DNA of 34,912 nucleotides from a virus (Duplodnaviria > Caudoviricetes): positions 1 through 34,912 of the IMG/VR virus record IMGVR_UViG_3300046805_000140, one strand, 5' to 3'. Below the pieces are notes generated by a model, which ran no database searches, had not been told where the DNA came from, and saw only the letters and a program-made list of their open reading frames with translations. A program made the translations under genes and the position numbers. Below, in pieces: positions 1 through 9,192 of the stretch (positions are counted from its first letter, which is position 1; the number at the start of each line of letters is the position of its first letter).

Positions 1-459
1 GATTGCTGCAGATTGTGCAGCGTTAGCCTTTGAAGTAGCATCTGCTGCTGCTGTTGAAACTGCAGCGTTAGCCTTAGATGTTGCATCTGCTGAAGCAGTT
101 GCTTCTGCTGCTGCTTGTGCAGCATTTGCTTTACTTGTTGCATCTGCTGATGCTGTAGCCTCTGCACCACTCTTGGCATTATTAGCCTTAGTTGTAGCAT
201 CTGTTGCTGCTGCTGCTTGCGCTGCTGCTGCTGCGCCTGACGCATCAAATACGCCTGACTTAATATTTAGTTCACCAGCGACAACTTCCATCTGTGTTGA
301 TTCAACGGAGGTAACAAGTGTAGTTCCTCCAACAATACCAACGATGTAGTCTTCTGAAGCCTGGTTTTCTGTAAGGATGTTAAATCCATTGATTGTACCT
401 GTTGTACCTTCAACTACAAGACCGCTTTTGATCTTAAAGTTTTTATTTACTGTTGCCAT
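1..459 (-). CDS. Tail fibre/virion protein, N-terminal part (runs off window), with Ala-rich ADATSKANAAQ repeats
   Basis: ATG at 459 with GGAG RBS; open frame MATVNKNFKIKSGLVVEG... with repeated DAT(T/S)KAN units; not in ORF track because it is truncated. Confidence 0.8.
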   Translation of the reverse strand, partial: MATVNKNFKIKSGLVVEGTTGTINGFNILTENQASEDYIVGIVGGTTLVTSVESTQMEVVAGELNIKSGVFDASGAAAAAQAAAATDATTKANNAKSGAEATASADATSKANAAQAAAEATASADATSKANAAVSTAAADATSKANAAQSAAI

Positions 460-471
460 TTTTTTATCTCC

Positions 472-918
472 TTAAGCCTTTAATCCAATACGTGCATAAC
501 GTACGGTTATAGGTGTAATACCGCTTTCTGGAGTAACCACTAGGGCTACGGTATTTCCAGTGCGGGAGACAGTAATGGTGCCAATATTCCCATTGTTGTC
601 GATTGTTCCATATTCGCTGACTGATACTCCTGTACCGTCAACCAAAATTGTTAGTTCTGTAGCATAAAACTTATTTACGCCACCAGATGTGTGTGCAATA
701 GATATAAGATATTTGACCATTCGCCAAGTTGTTGCGTCAAAGTTATCAACAGTTGTTGGGTTCTGAATATCATAGATTGCAATTTCATTATTACCAGCAG
801 ATCCAAGATCTGTTGATTGTGCAGATGTAGTATCAATTAGATCTACATAGTCTTCTTGCGTTGGGCGGTCACCAGTTTGAAACTTGGTTTTTACGCCTGA
901 GAGGGATATCTTTGCCAT
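472..918 (-). CDS. Putative virion/tail protein
   Basis: 148 aa, beta-rich Thr/Gly/Val composition; in tail cluster; TGTTATAAT 6 nt before ATG. Confidence 0.7.
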   Translation of the reverse strand: MAKISLSGVKTKFQTGDRPTQEDYVDLIDTTSAQSTDLGSAGNNEIAIYDIQNPTTVDNFDATTWRMVKYLISIAHTSGGVNKFYATELTILVDGTGVSVSEYGTIDNNGNIGTITVSRTGNTVALVVTPESGITPITVRYARIGLKA

Positions 919-947
919 GTCTAAATTATAACACTATTTTTTAAATC

Positions 948-1172
948 TTAAAGTATATAGTTACTGAATCCAATGAGTTGAAGTGGGATTGGCGGGGGAT
1001 TAGATGAACTGTATCCAGGAACCTTTATAGATGTAAACCTTACTCTAAAGGGTAAGTCTGATGAAATGGAAACTGAAGGATTTTTAAAAACAATGGTAGA
1101 CTTTACGGCTCCTACCTGATATATGTTCTTTACTTTATTGGTTGAGTCTTCTAAGATTAAGGATGTTGCCAT
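948..1172 (-). CDS. Hypothetical protein
   Basis: 74 aa; TAATG coupling with upstream gene. Confidence 0.7.
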   Translation of the reverse strand: MATSLILEDSTNKVKNIYQVGAVKSTIVFKNPSVSISSDLPFRVRFTSIKVPGYSSSNPPPIPLQLIGFSNYIL

Positions 1173-1579
1173 TAATCAGTTACATCTTCAAGGATAATCA
1201 TGCTACCCTGGCAAACTGTCCATACAATTTCCCCATTGGATACTTGAATATCAAAGATGTCTCCAGTTTGAAGAATTAAAGATTGTGAAGATGATAGAAA
1301 TACTGTAAACTCTCCAACCAAATCATCTGCATCTGCTTCTGGAAGCAATTGCATAATTGTAGTTGCGTCATCTGTAATAATTGGAGTTAGTTGAGATGTA
1401 TTTGGTCTTTTAACTTTCATAGAGATCGTCCAGTCTGAAACGATCAATGGAGTCTTAGAGTCATCCTCTAGATAAACCTTAAATCCAGATGTATCACCTC
1501 TTACAACAGTCCAATTAACAAATGGTGGTTTTTCACCAATGTTATAAAGGCTTTGGGATGAGTTTCTTAGGATTGCCAT
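1172..1579 (-). CDS. Putative baseplate/adaptor-like virion protein (paralog of 7150..7524 and 5947..6294)
   Basis: WTVVRGDT...FDIQV...VWT..G...I..DV pattern shared with 7150..7524. Confidence 0.65.
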   Translation of the reverse strand: MAILRNSSQSLYNIGEKPPFVNWTVVRGDTSGFKVYLEDDSKTPLIVSDWTISMKVKRPNTSQLTPIITDDATTIMQLLPEADADDLVGEFTVFLSSSQSLILQTGDIFDIQVSNGEIVWTVCQGSMIILEDVTD

Positions 1580-1597
1580 TTTTTAATTATACCACAA

Positions 1598-2116
1598 TTA
1601 GGACATTCCATTTTTCAATGCGCCCCAAGTACCGTTTCCTTTTGCTTCTACAACAATAATCCCATGGGCTGCATCAGAGTTAGCAACTACACCTACTGCT
1701 GCTGCGCCTGCTGCTGGTCTAGTTGTTGTAAGACCTCCACCATCTTTTACATATAGGATAGATCCGTTTGCAAAAGAACTTGTAGCAACATCTGGCATTA
1801 CACCAGAAACCACTACCACTCCTTCTGAGTTATTTGCAATGCTTGTTTTAGTTAAACCAATAATAGGGTTTGTTGTTGAAGGAAGAGCAACAGCAATAGT
1901 TGTTTTAGTACTAAACCCTGTTGCATATACTGGAGTTGCTGCGGGTATAGTAGATCCCGTCACATTTTTAACATCTAATTTCATATAAGAAAGACCAAGA
2001 CCCTGAAGAACTCCTTCAAGAGTAGTGACTAAAACCTCTATATCCCCGTGTACATTGACATTATCGTCAACTTGAGGATATGGTAAATTATATGTATCTG
2101 ATTGACCCGTTGCCAT
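1598..2116 (-). CDS. Putative tail/structural protein
   Basis: N-terminal YNLPYP..D motif typical of actinophage minor tail proteins; Gly/Ala/Thr-rich C-terminus. Confidence 0.65.
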   Translation of the reverse strand: MATGQSDTYNLPYPQVDDNVNVHGDIEVLVTTLEGVLQGLGLSYMKLDVKNVTGSTIPAATPVYATGFSTKTTIAVALPSTTNPIIGLTKTSIANNSEGVVVVSGVMPDVATSSFANGSILYVKDGGGLTTTRPAAGAAAVGVVANSDAAHGIIVVEAKGNGTWGALKNGMS

Positions 2117-2207
2117 AATTACATTATATCACTAACTTTGCACCAATATACGTCTATTTAAATAATTAATTATTTTTTTATTATCTTACTATTAAACACC
2201 CCTTGGG

Positions 2208-2237
2208 TTGACTTTGACCAAGAATTGATGTTATACT
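2208..2237 (+). promoter_or_regulatory. sigma70-type promoter of transglycosylase gene
   Basis: TTGACT-18nt-TATACT with extended TG. Confidence 0.6.
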
Positions 2238-2285
2238 TATCAGTAGACACCTAACAAGGTGTTGTTGTTTTCTAAGGAGGAAACT

Positions 2286-2843
2286 ATGATTAAATTTATC
2301 GAAAGAAACAAAGAGATCATTAGCATACTCAGTATCGGAATGTTGGTTACTGTATTGACTGGAAATGCCAATGCCTCGACTAACAGCAATAACAATTTTA
2401 GTACTGAACTGGCTCAGCCTTTGGAATCTGCCTCGAAAGAGGTTTTTTTGGTTTCTAAAGCAAAGAAACTAGAGTCTTTTGAAAATAAGACACACCTTAC
2501 AGACCTTGAACTTAAGGAACTTCTGTCTTTGGTTGGTTTTAAAGGGAAAGACCTAATTGTTGCTTGGGCTGTAGCAAAAAAAGAATCTAATGGAAGACCA
2601 TTAGCATTCAATGGGAACCATAAAACTGGTGACTCGTCTTATGGAATGTTTCAGATCAATATGATTGATGCTCTGGGGCCAGACCGTAGAACTAAGTTTG
2701 ATCTTGAGTCAAATGCAGAGTTATTCAATCCCGTCAAGAATGCAGAAATCGCATATTATATGACCAGTGGCGGAGACGATTGGTCTTCTTGGAAGGGTAT
2801 TACCCCCAAGACAAAACAATGGATGTTAAAATTTCCTAAGTAG
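2286..2843 (+). CDS. Membrane-anchored/secreted lysozyme-like lytic transglycosylase (SLT/Rpf-like fold)
   Basis: AAGGAGG RBS before ATG 2286; N-terminal hydrophobic helix; AVAKKESNG (catalytic Glu), SYGMFQIN, LFNP..NA..A, WSSW motifs. Confidence 0.85.
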   Translation: MIKFIERNKEIISILSIGMLVTVLTGNANASTNSNNNFSTELAQPLESASKEVFLVSKAKKLESFENKTHLTDLELKELLSLVGFKGKDLIVAWAVAKKESNGRPLAFNGNHKTGDSSYGMFQINMIDALGPDRRTKFDLESNAELFNPVKNAEIAYYMTSGGDDWSSWKGITPKTKQWMLKFPK

Positions 2844-2854
2844 TATAAAAAGAG

Positions 2855-2884
2855 ATAGGGAGCCGAAAGGCTCCTTATTTTTTT
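2855..2884. terminator. Bidirectional intrinsic terminator
   Basis: ATAGGGAGCC-GAAA-GGCTCCTTAT with A-tract before and T-tract after, between convergent genes. Confidence 0.8.
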
Positions 2885-3128
2885 ACCATTTTCCAATAGG
2901 ACATTTTGCTGAATTTAATTTAGACTTGACATTCATGAAGCAACCACATTTTTTACATTGATTTGTTATTTTTCTTAATTCTGGGCACTCATGACAAATA
3001 GACATTCTTAAATCTGCTAACTCTGCTGTTGCTGGTAAAGTCATAGGGTTTAACAAGTCTAAAGGAGTAACCCCATTTTTTTCTTTATACTGTTCCCATC
3101 TGCTTTTAGGCATTTTGGGCTGCGTCAT
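2883..3128 (-). CDS. Small Cys-rich protein (CxxC...CxxCGC...CPxGKW; DUF6171-like)
   Basis: Cys pattern in translation; start may be 3113. Confidence 0.7.
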   Translation of the reverse strand: MTQPKMPKSRWEQYKEKNGVTPLDLLNPMTLPATAELADLRMSICHECPELRKITNQCKKCGCFMNVKSKLNSAKCPIGKW

Positions 3129-3555
3129 AGGCTGCCTGACGCTGGGCTATCTCTTCATCTGTAATAAATGGTGGTAGTCCTTCTGTGGACATATCAAGAA
3201 CAACAAACTCATTATTTACAAACTTTGCGTTTGGAGCAATTACATATCTTCCATACGGATAGGCATTTAAATCTTTAATTGTTGGGTTACTTAATAAAAT
3301 GCTTCCAAAATATTCAGTTGTCTGTAGTTGATCAAGTTCAACTCCATTTTCAAGAATAGAAATAACTATGCTGTCCGTAGCATTGTCTTGAGAGATTTCT
3401 ACAAAAGAATCTGCACGAAGTATCATATCGGCAGCCCAATTATAAAACGGTGCATCGTAGACCACATCTTCATCAATAATAAAAGCAAGGGCTGAGCCTC
3501 GCTCATCTGGATTATCCTTATTCCATGAATAAGTAATATCGTTGTCTGTTAACAT
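3106..3555 (-). CDS. Hypothetical acidic protein
   Basis: 149 aa; GGGAG RBS and TGCTATAAT upstream. Confidence 0.7.
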   Translation of the reverse strand: MLTDNDITYSWNKDNPDERGSALAFIIDEDVVYDAPFYNWAADMILRADSFVEISQDNATDSIVISILENGVELDQLQTTEYFGSILLSNPTIKDLNAYPYGRYVIAPNAKFVNNEFVVLDMSTEGLPPFITDEEIAQRQAAYDAAQNA

Positions 3556-3588
3556 TTATAACTCCCTTTTTAATAATTATAGCACAAA

Positions 3589-4140
3589 CTAGCAAGCACG
3601 GCAAGAGCAAGTAGCACAGGCAGCACCTGAACCAGCACCACAACAGTTTGAAAAATTACAAAATGATGGATAGGCTGCTACGTCTGCAGAAGTACATCGT
3701 GTGTAATCTCCTCCAGTAGGTGGTGTAGGTGAAAATCCAAAGACTGTAAATGGAGAAAATCCAAAAACGTTAAATGGAGAAAACCCAAAAACTGTAAATG
3801 GTGAAAATCCAAAGACTGCAAAAGGTGAAAAACCAAATACTGCAAATGGGGGTGTTGGAGAAAAACCAAAAACAGAAAATGGCGTAAAAGCAAAGTTTCT
3901 CCAAGTGATATTTACTGGTGTTTCGTAGTCTTGTGCTGTTGCAGATGTTGGTGTTTGAGAAATTACCTTATTATGATTTGCTAATTCTGCTGCTACATCA
4001 GAAGGTGACTCTGTTATTGTTCCAACCGTAAACCCTTCTGTAACGATCTGTGATTGTGCTGTAGTCTTGTCTACTCCAAGCCAACTTGGAAGAAGTTTCA
4101 TACCCTTTGATTGTGCCCAGCGTCCAATCCAACCTAACAT
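3589..4140 (-). CDS. PASTA-domain protein with tandem FxVFGFSP repeats and 8-Cys C-terminus
   Basis: LPSWLG...AQ..I...GF..G...VISQTP...V.I matches PASTA; six 8-aa repeats; Cys-rich tail. Confidence 0.75.
   Translation of the reverse strand: MLGWIGRWAQSKGMKLLPSWLGVDKTTAQSQIVTEGFTVGTITESPSDVAAELANHNKVISQTPTSATAQDYETPVNITWRNFAFTPFSVFGFSPTPPFAVFGFSPFAVFGFSPFTVFGFSPFNVFGFSPFTVFGFSPTPPTGGDYTRCTSADVAAYPSFCNFSNCCGAGSGAACATCSCRAC
3727..3879 (-). repeat. 24-nt coding tandem repeat (six FxVFGFSP units)
   Basis: Repeating GG(T/A)GAAAA(T/A/C)CCAAA...AAA units, diverged at synonymous positions. Confidence 0.9.
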
Positions 4141-4147
4141 GGCTTAC

Positions 4148-4777
4148 CTACGCAATCAAATCGCCAATTAAGACCCAAGTGTTGGTATCTGTTTTAACAA
4201 TTGTTGCTCCAGACCATCTTGAGGCAATATTCTTATTGCTATTTTTACTTAATATTGTAACTCCTGAACCTTGAACAAATGTAACGGCTCCAGTTCCTAA
4301 TCTTAAAACATCAAATCTAGTTCCAAGAGGAAAAGCCTTTGAAGAATTTGGAGGTACTGTAATTGTAGTACTTGATGCAGAATCAAAGGTAATAGTCTTA
4401 CCAGCATCATCTAGTGATGGCTCATAACTTGCAATTTTTGAAAGAAGGGTTGTGTATCCATGAATATATTTCCAACTTGTTCCATCATAAAATTGTAGTT
4501 GATTAATTGCAACTGCAGATGCGTCTTGTTTTACAAAACAAACCAATCCACGAACTGGAACTGGTAGCGCTGCATCTCTTGCTGCTGGATCTGCAAAGTT
4601 ATTTACGCCAGCCTTATTTTTAATAGCATCTTCAAAAGTTACTACGTTTTGCCAGTTTTGAGTTCCTGACCAAGTGTAATTTGCAACAGTGTTTGTGCTT
4701 CCACCGATTGCATACCAAGAACTGGTTGCCTCATCATATACATATGCTGTTTTTGGAGAACTATTAATAGTTGCCAT
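4148..4777 (-). CDS. Putative tail fibre/minor tail protein
   Basis: FADPAARDAA..P..G..C, YDGTSW, and C-terminal D.GKTI....TITVP...FP.G...W.L.GDL module; ATG 4777 coupled to upstream small ORF. Confidence 0.75.
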   Translation of the reverse strand: MATINSSPKTAYVYDEATSSWYAIGGSTNTVANYTWSGTQNWQNVVTFEDAIKNKAGVNNFADPAARDAALPVPVRGLVCFVKQDASAVAINQLQFYDGTSWKYIHGYTTLLSKIASYEPSLDDAGKTITFDSASSTTITVPPNSSKAFPLGTRFDVLRLGTGAVTFVQGSGVTILSKNSNKNIASRWSGATIVKTDTNTWVLIGDLIA

Positions 4778-4893
4778 TACTCTGCCCACCCCATTGCTCT
4801 AATTTCTGATTCAGTCATTCCAACAACTTGAACTAGTTTAGCAATTGCTCTTTCTTTTAATATCTCTTTTTCTGTTTCTTCTACATTAGCCAT
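4777..4893 (-). CDS. Small protein MANVEETEKEILKERAIAKLVQVVGMTESEIRAMGWAE (tail-chaperone-like)
   Basis: 38 aa, TAATG overlaps at both ends; below ORF-track cutoff. Confidence 0.7.
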   Translation of the reverse strand: MANVEETEKEILKERAIAKLVQVVGMTESEIRAMGWAE

Positions 4894-5333
4894 TATGCAC
4901 CTATTGTCTTCCATGTAGAAGTTGCAGAATCATAAATTTTCATAAGTAGTGGAGAACTTCCCTTAACTACCCATAACGTTCCATCTGTTGGTGATGTTGG
5001 TGTTCCAGAAATATAAATTGCTGTTGGATTTACTGGTGAAACGCCTGGTGTAGAAGATGAGTCAAGCCATACATATCCTTCAGATACTGTGGTTGGTTCG
5101 GTAGCAGAAACTGTACCTCCAGCACCAAGGGCATTAATTGCATCAATAGAATCTTGAATTGTTTTTAGATGATAAGCAATCGATGGGTTAACAAGTTGTG
5201 CTTCATCTGTGTTTGAAGTTAAATAGGTGTTTGAACCATAGTGATAAAGTCTTAGGGCAGCCTGAATGTCTGCATTAGCGTCATACCCTGGTATTTTTGT
5301 TGGATAGATCGAACCAATATCTGCGTCAGCCAT
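4893..5333 (-). CDS. Putative minor tail protein
   Basis: Repeated S.TEP....G.VWLD / SGTP....DG.LWV modules typical of tail fibres. Confidence 0.7.
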   Translation of the reverse strand: MADADIGSIYPTKIPGYDANADIQAALRLYHYGSNTYLTSNTDEAQLVNPSIAYHLKTIQDSIDAINALGAGGTVSATEPTTVSEGYVWLDSSSTPGVSPVNPTAIYISGTPTSPTDGTLWVVKGSSPLLMKIYDSATSTWKTIGA

Positions 5334-5353
5334 TATGAATCACCTCTCATTTA

Positions 5354-5947
5354 TTATACCACGATAGATATTGCTAGGCTGATTGTTTTAACAACATCAT
5401 CAAGCGATACCCATGATCCCGAAGTATATTCCATTGCATTAAAGGTAAGTGGCAGAACTTGGTCTCCACCAACTGTAGTAGTTATTGAGCCAACCGATAC
5501 GGATGAAGATGTTGGCTTATCATTTAAAATTGTGTATTGAACATTGAAGTTGGCACTTGTAAGGCCTTGGGCAGTATCTAAATCTAAAATATTTATTAGT
5601 GGAACCTGAACAACTCTTGAACCTGCAGTAAAGGTTCCTGCAACATTGTCATAGTAGATGTTTGGTGTTAACTTTACTATTGGCTCCCATGAAAAAACTG
5701 AAGAAGCGTTTGAGACATACTGGTACAAATATCCATATCCTGTAAGGTCTGTATTTAAAACGTTAACACATAAATCGTATGCTTGTGGTGTAATTAAAGA
5801 TGGTAAAGAAGTGTTTGGGTTTCCCTTTGAAGTAAAAATGTTTGAGCCTCTTGGTCCTGGCTCTCCAAAATCAACCGATAGTTGGATCTCTGAAGGACCG
5901 CCTAAAACCTGTATCTCGTCTGTTGATAACAAAACTTCTACTGTCAT
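5354..5947 (-). CDS. Putative virion protein
   Basis: 197 aa; GEPGPRGS then G.GNP motif; coupled to upstream gene. Confidence 0.7.
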   Translation of the reverse strand: MTVEVLLSTDEIQVLGGPSEIQLSVDFGEPGPRGSNIFTSKGNPNTSLPSLITPQAYDLCVNVLNTDLTGYGYLYQYVSNASSVFSWEPIVKLTPNIYYDNVAGTFTAGSRVVQVPLINILDLDTAQGLTSANFNVQYTILNDKPTSSSVSVGSITTTVGGDQVLPLTFNAMEYTSGSWVSLDDVVKTISLAISIVV

Positions 5948-6294
5948 TACGCACCAGTCACATCTGCTGTTACAGAAATTGTTCCCTTTAACAATGTATA
6001 AACACTTTCAACTCCATTTGAAATCTGAACATCATAATAATATGTTGTGCCAGCAACCAGAGATCTTCCAATTGACGGAGAAATTTTACAAGTAATGTAT
6101 GAATAAGTTGCATCAATAATTGCAGAGGCCGAAGCAGAAAAAGTAGGAGATGGACCAACGGAATTAGCAATTTTAAATAAGGCTGTTTGATTTTCTAAAC
6201 TATAAACTGCGCCATTTGCTGTTTTTGGGTAAATGATAAACTCGTAGGTGTCACCCTCGTAGTAGTTAATATTATATGTTCCTGGAAATGCCAT
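5947..6294 (-). CDS. Putative baseplate/adaptor-like (BppU-N-like) protein
   Basis: YEGDT...YYYDVQI...TLLKG.I.V..DVT; AAGGAGG RBS. Confidence 0.7.
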   Translation of the reverse strand: MAFPGTYNINYYEGDTYEFIIYPKTANGAVYSLENQTALFKIANSVGPSPTFSASASAIIDATYSYITCKISPSIGRSLVAGTTYYYDVQISNGVESVYTLLKGTISVTADVTGA

Positions 6295-6316
6295 GTAGTC
6301 CTCCTTCTTAATTATA

Positions 6317-7033
6317 TCATGAAACAGATACGTAAATGCTCTTTATTTTAAGGCTTGCATCAAAATCTGTTCTTGCCTGCGGGACTAATCCAGAAGACCA
6401 CAGAGACTTATCCTCAATGTAAAACTCCTGATCTATTGAAAAGTTATATGTATGCTGATATTTAAAGCAACCAACAAACTTTACTACAGAATGATCCATT
6501 CCAACAAAACTAGATCTTAGCCACAATTCTGTATTGTTAACATAAGTCTCTAATTCGACATTATAAGTTACCTTTACGATTGAGCCAATCTTTAAACCTC
6601 TAAATGTAAGCATTCCAGCATCTTTGTTATAGAGTTCTGTTGATAGCGCTGGTAGGTATTCGCTGTTGCTGTATTTTCCTAAACAATCTACCGCCAAAGA
6701 AACCCATCCAGAATCTCCACGTGAAATACCTAAAGAATATGCAAATATGTTTTTATTATGATAACTTGCCCATCCTGGCTGTTGTCCAGATACTGAGACT
6801 AATGATTGACCATCTTTTCCTTTGGCTCCTGTATCTCCTTTTGGGCCTGGGGGACCTGGAGGCCCTATTTCACCCTTGTTACCAGTTGGACCACGTTCTC
6901 CTGGTGCTCCTGGAACTGGTATGTAAACAATGTTTGATTGTGATGACTCATTTGATTGCTGTAAGACTTTGCTGGCATACCCATCAGAAGCCTTTGTGCC
7001 TTCTGGAAAGCCCATACTCTTGCTAACTGTCAT
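6317..7033 (-). CDS. Collagen-like (Gly-X-Y) repeat virion protein
   Basis: GAPGERGPTGNKGEIGPPGPPGPKGDTGAKGKDG. Confidence 0.8.
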   Translation of the reverse strand: MTVSKSMGFPEGTKASDGYASKVLQQSNESSQSNIVYIPVPGAPGERGPTGNKGEIGPPGPPGPKGDTGAKGKDGQSLVSVSGQQPGWASYHNKNIFAYSLGISRGDSGWVSLAVDCLGKYSNSEYLPALSTELYNKDAGMLTFRGLKIGSIVKVTYNVELETYVNNTELWLRSSFVGMDHSVVKFVGCFKYQHTYNFSIDQEFYIEDKSLWSSGLVPQARTDFDASLKIKSIYVSVS

Positions 7034-7048
7034 TGCACCCTACCCCTC

Positions 7049-7150
7049 TTACTTGTTGACTTTAAAAACCTTTACATCGCCATTTGAGGTAGTCACTCTT
7101 ACTACTGGAGGGATGTTAATTTTGTTATTTCTAATTTTTACAACGGCCAT
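7049..7150 (-). CDS. Small basic protein MAVVKIRNNKINIPPVVRVTTSNGDVKVFKVNK
   Basis: 33 aa, TAATG-coupled to 7150..7524. Confidence 0.6.
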   Translation of the reverse strand: MAVVKIRNNKINIPPVVRVTTSNGDVKVFKVNK

Positions 7151-7524
7151 TATAAAGACCCACTAACATCGCCTAGCACTGAGATAGTTCCTGAAACTGG
7201 AGTCCAGACAACACTTCCCATAGTTACTTGTAGGTCAAAATTAAGATCTGCAACCTTTGATTTATACCCTGTTCCCCAATTTGTACTCATGTCTGGAGTT
7301 ATCTTAACCTCAACAAAACCATTTCCAGGAACTGTAATTAATTCATCAATAATGTCTGTTTTTGGATCATAGGTAGAAGCAGCAAAAGTCCAGGTAGAGG
7401 TATTGTATCTTGTAACCTCATCATTTTCAAGGAAGTCAACAATAATCGAAGAAGAGTCTCCACGAATAACTGTCCATTTTATAATTGCTGGATCAGCGCC
7501 AAAGTTACCAATTGTAGATGCCAT
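7150..7524 (-). CDS. Putative baseplate/adaptor-like virion protein
   Basis: Similar to 1172..1579; leaderless TGGTATAAT-6nt-ATG. Confidence 0.7.
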   Translation of the reverse strand: MASTIGNFGADPAIIKWTVIRGDSSSIIVDFLENDEVTRYNTSTWTFAASTYDPKTDIIDELITVPGNGFVEVKITPDMSTNWGTGYKSKVADLNFDLQVTMGSVVWTPVSGTISVLGDVSGSL

Positions 7525-7817
7525 AATACAACATTATACCAGTATATAAAGAAATGCCTAATACCTAGACTGGGTGGGTATCAGAGAACAGAACTAGGTA
7601 TTAGACTTAATAATTATATCATAAAACGGACAATCCAGACATAAGATTAAAGTTTATCAAATCGTTATAATTGAAGATGTCCGTTTTGTCTATTAAAGAA
7701 TCAATTGTCAAAAGTGGGATAGTGTATACTTAAAATATATAAGAAAAAAGAACTATCTTTAAAGTTTAATATTTATATATCTTATATATTATATATATAG
7801 CAAATAGGCAAATTAGA

Positions 7818-8084
7818 TTATTTATCGTTACTAGCAATGTGCTTAATCAAAATCTCATACATGTCGTCGAGTTTCTTTTCTTGGCGATCTCTAGATTTTA
7901 TAGAGTCAATTCTCTGATCATCCAAAGCGGTTTCTAATCTCGAAATTTGGTCCTTCATCGATGATCCAGAATTGGGTTTAAGTTCGCTCAAATAATGTCT
8001 TACCAACCATTTAATCGCAAAAGCAATTGAGGATACAATTGTAAGTATCGCTACTATTAGGGAGGCCCAGTCTTGGATTGTCAT
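7818..8084 (-). CDS. Membrane protein of actinophage lysis-cassette type (TM helix + ELKPNSGSSMKD + coiled coil)
   Basis: Start reassigned to ATG 8084 (MTIQDWASLIVA) with TATAAT just upstream. Confidence 0.7.
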   Translation of the reverse strand: MTIQDWASLIVAILTIVSSIAFAIKWLVRHYLSELKPNSGSSMKDQISRLETALDDQRIDSIKSRDRQEKKLDDMYEILIKHIASNDK

Positions 8085-8261
8085 AACTATATTATTATAA
8101 CCCGTGTTTTGAAAAATATTAAACGCTTTTAGTTCGTCGCCGAAATAGAGGTTATGAAACCACACTATAGACAATGTATGAATGCAAGCATTCGTTATGT
8201 CTAAGTTGGTGTTACATTCCACAGTACGGTATAATAGATAGTCTAGGAAAGGGTATTTTAA

Positions 8262-8447
8262 ATGTACAGAGATGAAGCAATTGAACTGATGTGCGAAACT
8301 GTTAATAACTATAACAGACAAGCCATTGGACATGGAATGATGAGTGCTGAAGATATGGAAAGTTATATTACAGCCAATGCAGAAAGTTTAAAGTTTATGA
8401 ATTCACTACTTTATGACACACTTAAGGAAAATGGCGTTATAGCATAA
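8262..8447 (+). CDS. Hypothetical protein
   Basis: 61 aa; GGTATAAT promoter and GAAAGGG RBS upstream. Confidence 0.7.
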   Translation: MYRDEAIELMCETVNNYNRQAIGHGMMSAEDMESYITANAESLKFMNSLLYDTLKENGVIA

Positions 8448-9179
8448 ATGGTTAATTATAGTGTAGCACCTGTTCTGGTAGAAAACATATTCTCTGATGA
8501 GGAGTATGCATTTTTGTATGACCAAATAAACAAGACACCAGACCAACAAATTAGAGAGGTAGAGGATACTGGATATATAGCAAGATCGGACCCTACCAAA
8601 AACTACATTGGAAAAATCATTAAGAAAAAAGTAGAAGAGTTATCGGGACATGATCTTGAAAAGTATATGGTCCACCATGCTAGGTATACCTTAGAGTCAA
8701 ACAACATTCCAAGGTTATATCCACACTATGATCGTGGACTAGAGTTTGCAACATTTACCATTAGCATAATTTTGGATTCAACTTTTGACTGGGATTTATT
8801 TTGTGAAGGAACCAAGTTTCCTGTAAAGAAAAATCAAGGTGCATTTTTTAGCGGGAGTCATCAAGTCCACTGGAGACCTCCTCATGAGTTTAAAGAAAAC
8901 GACTATTACGATATACTCGTATGCCAGTTCAGGGTAAAGACAAATACAGAGCATTTAACAGATGAGCACAGATCAACTATGGATGATAAAGTAGGAATAC
9001 ACGTGTCTCAATACTATAGAGATTATCCACCATTTGGAGAAAATGGGAAAGAGTTCCTTCAAGAAGAGTATATAGTCAAGGATAGAAGCATTACCGAACT
9101 ATCCGAGTCATTGGGTATGCCTGCAGAGGCTTTATCTTATTTTTTAAGAAAATACGAGTTCCCCATGAAGAATAAATAG
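8448..9179 (+). CDS. 2OG-Fe(II) oxygenase-like protein with C-terminal helix-turn-helix
   Basis: PHYD...HWR iron/2OG motifs; C-terminal FLQEEY...SITELSE.LG....LSY.L. Confidence 0.7.
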   Translation: MVNYSVAPVLVENIFSDEEYAFLYDQINKTPDQQIREVEDTGYIARSDPTKNYIGKIIKKKVEELSGHDLEKYMVHHARYTLESNNIPRLYPHYDRGLEFATFTISIILDSTFDWDLFCEGTKFPVKKNQGAFFSGSHQVHWRPPHEFKENDYYDILVCQFRVKTNTEHLTDEHRSTMDDKVGIHVSQYYRDYPPFGENGKEFLQEEYIVKDRSITELSESLGMPAEALSYFLRKYEFPMKNK

Positions 9180-9192
9180 TGTATAATAAAGA

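Noticed and set aside
3727-3879. 24-nt tandem repeat as CRISPR or DGR template/variable repeat
   Set aside because: It is an in-frame coding repeat with synonymous divergence. There are no spacers, no reverse transcriptase and no adenine-specific pattern.
8085-8333. N-terminal extension of ORF 7818..8333
   Set aside because: It crosses a divergent promoter region and overlaps 8262..8447. The plausible start is ATG 8084.
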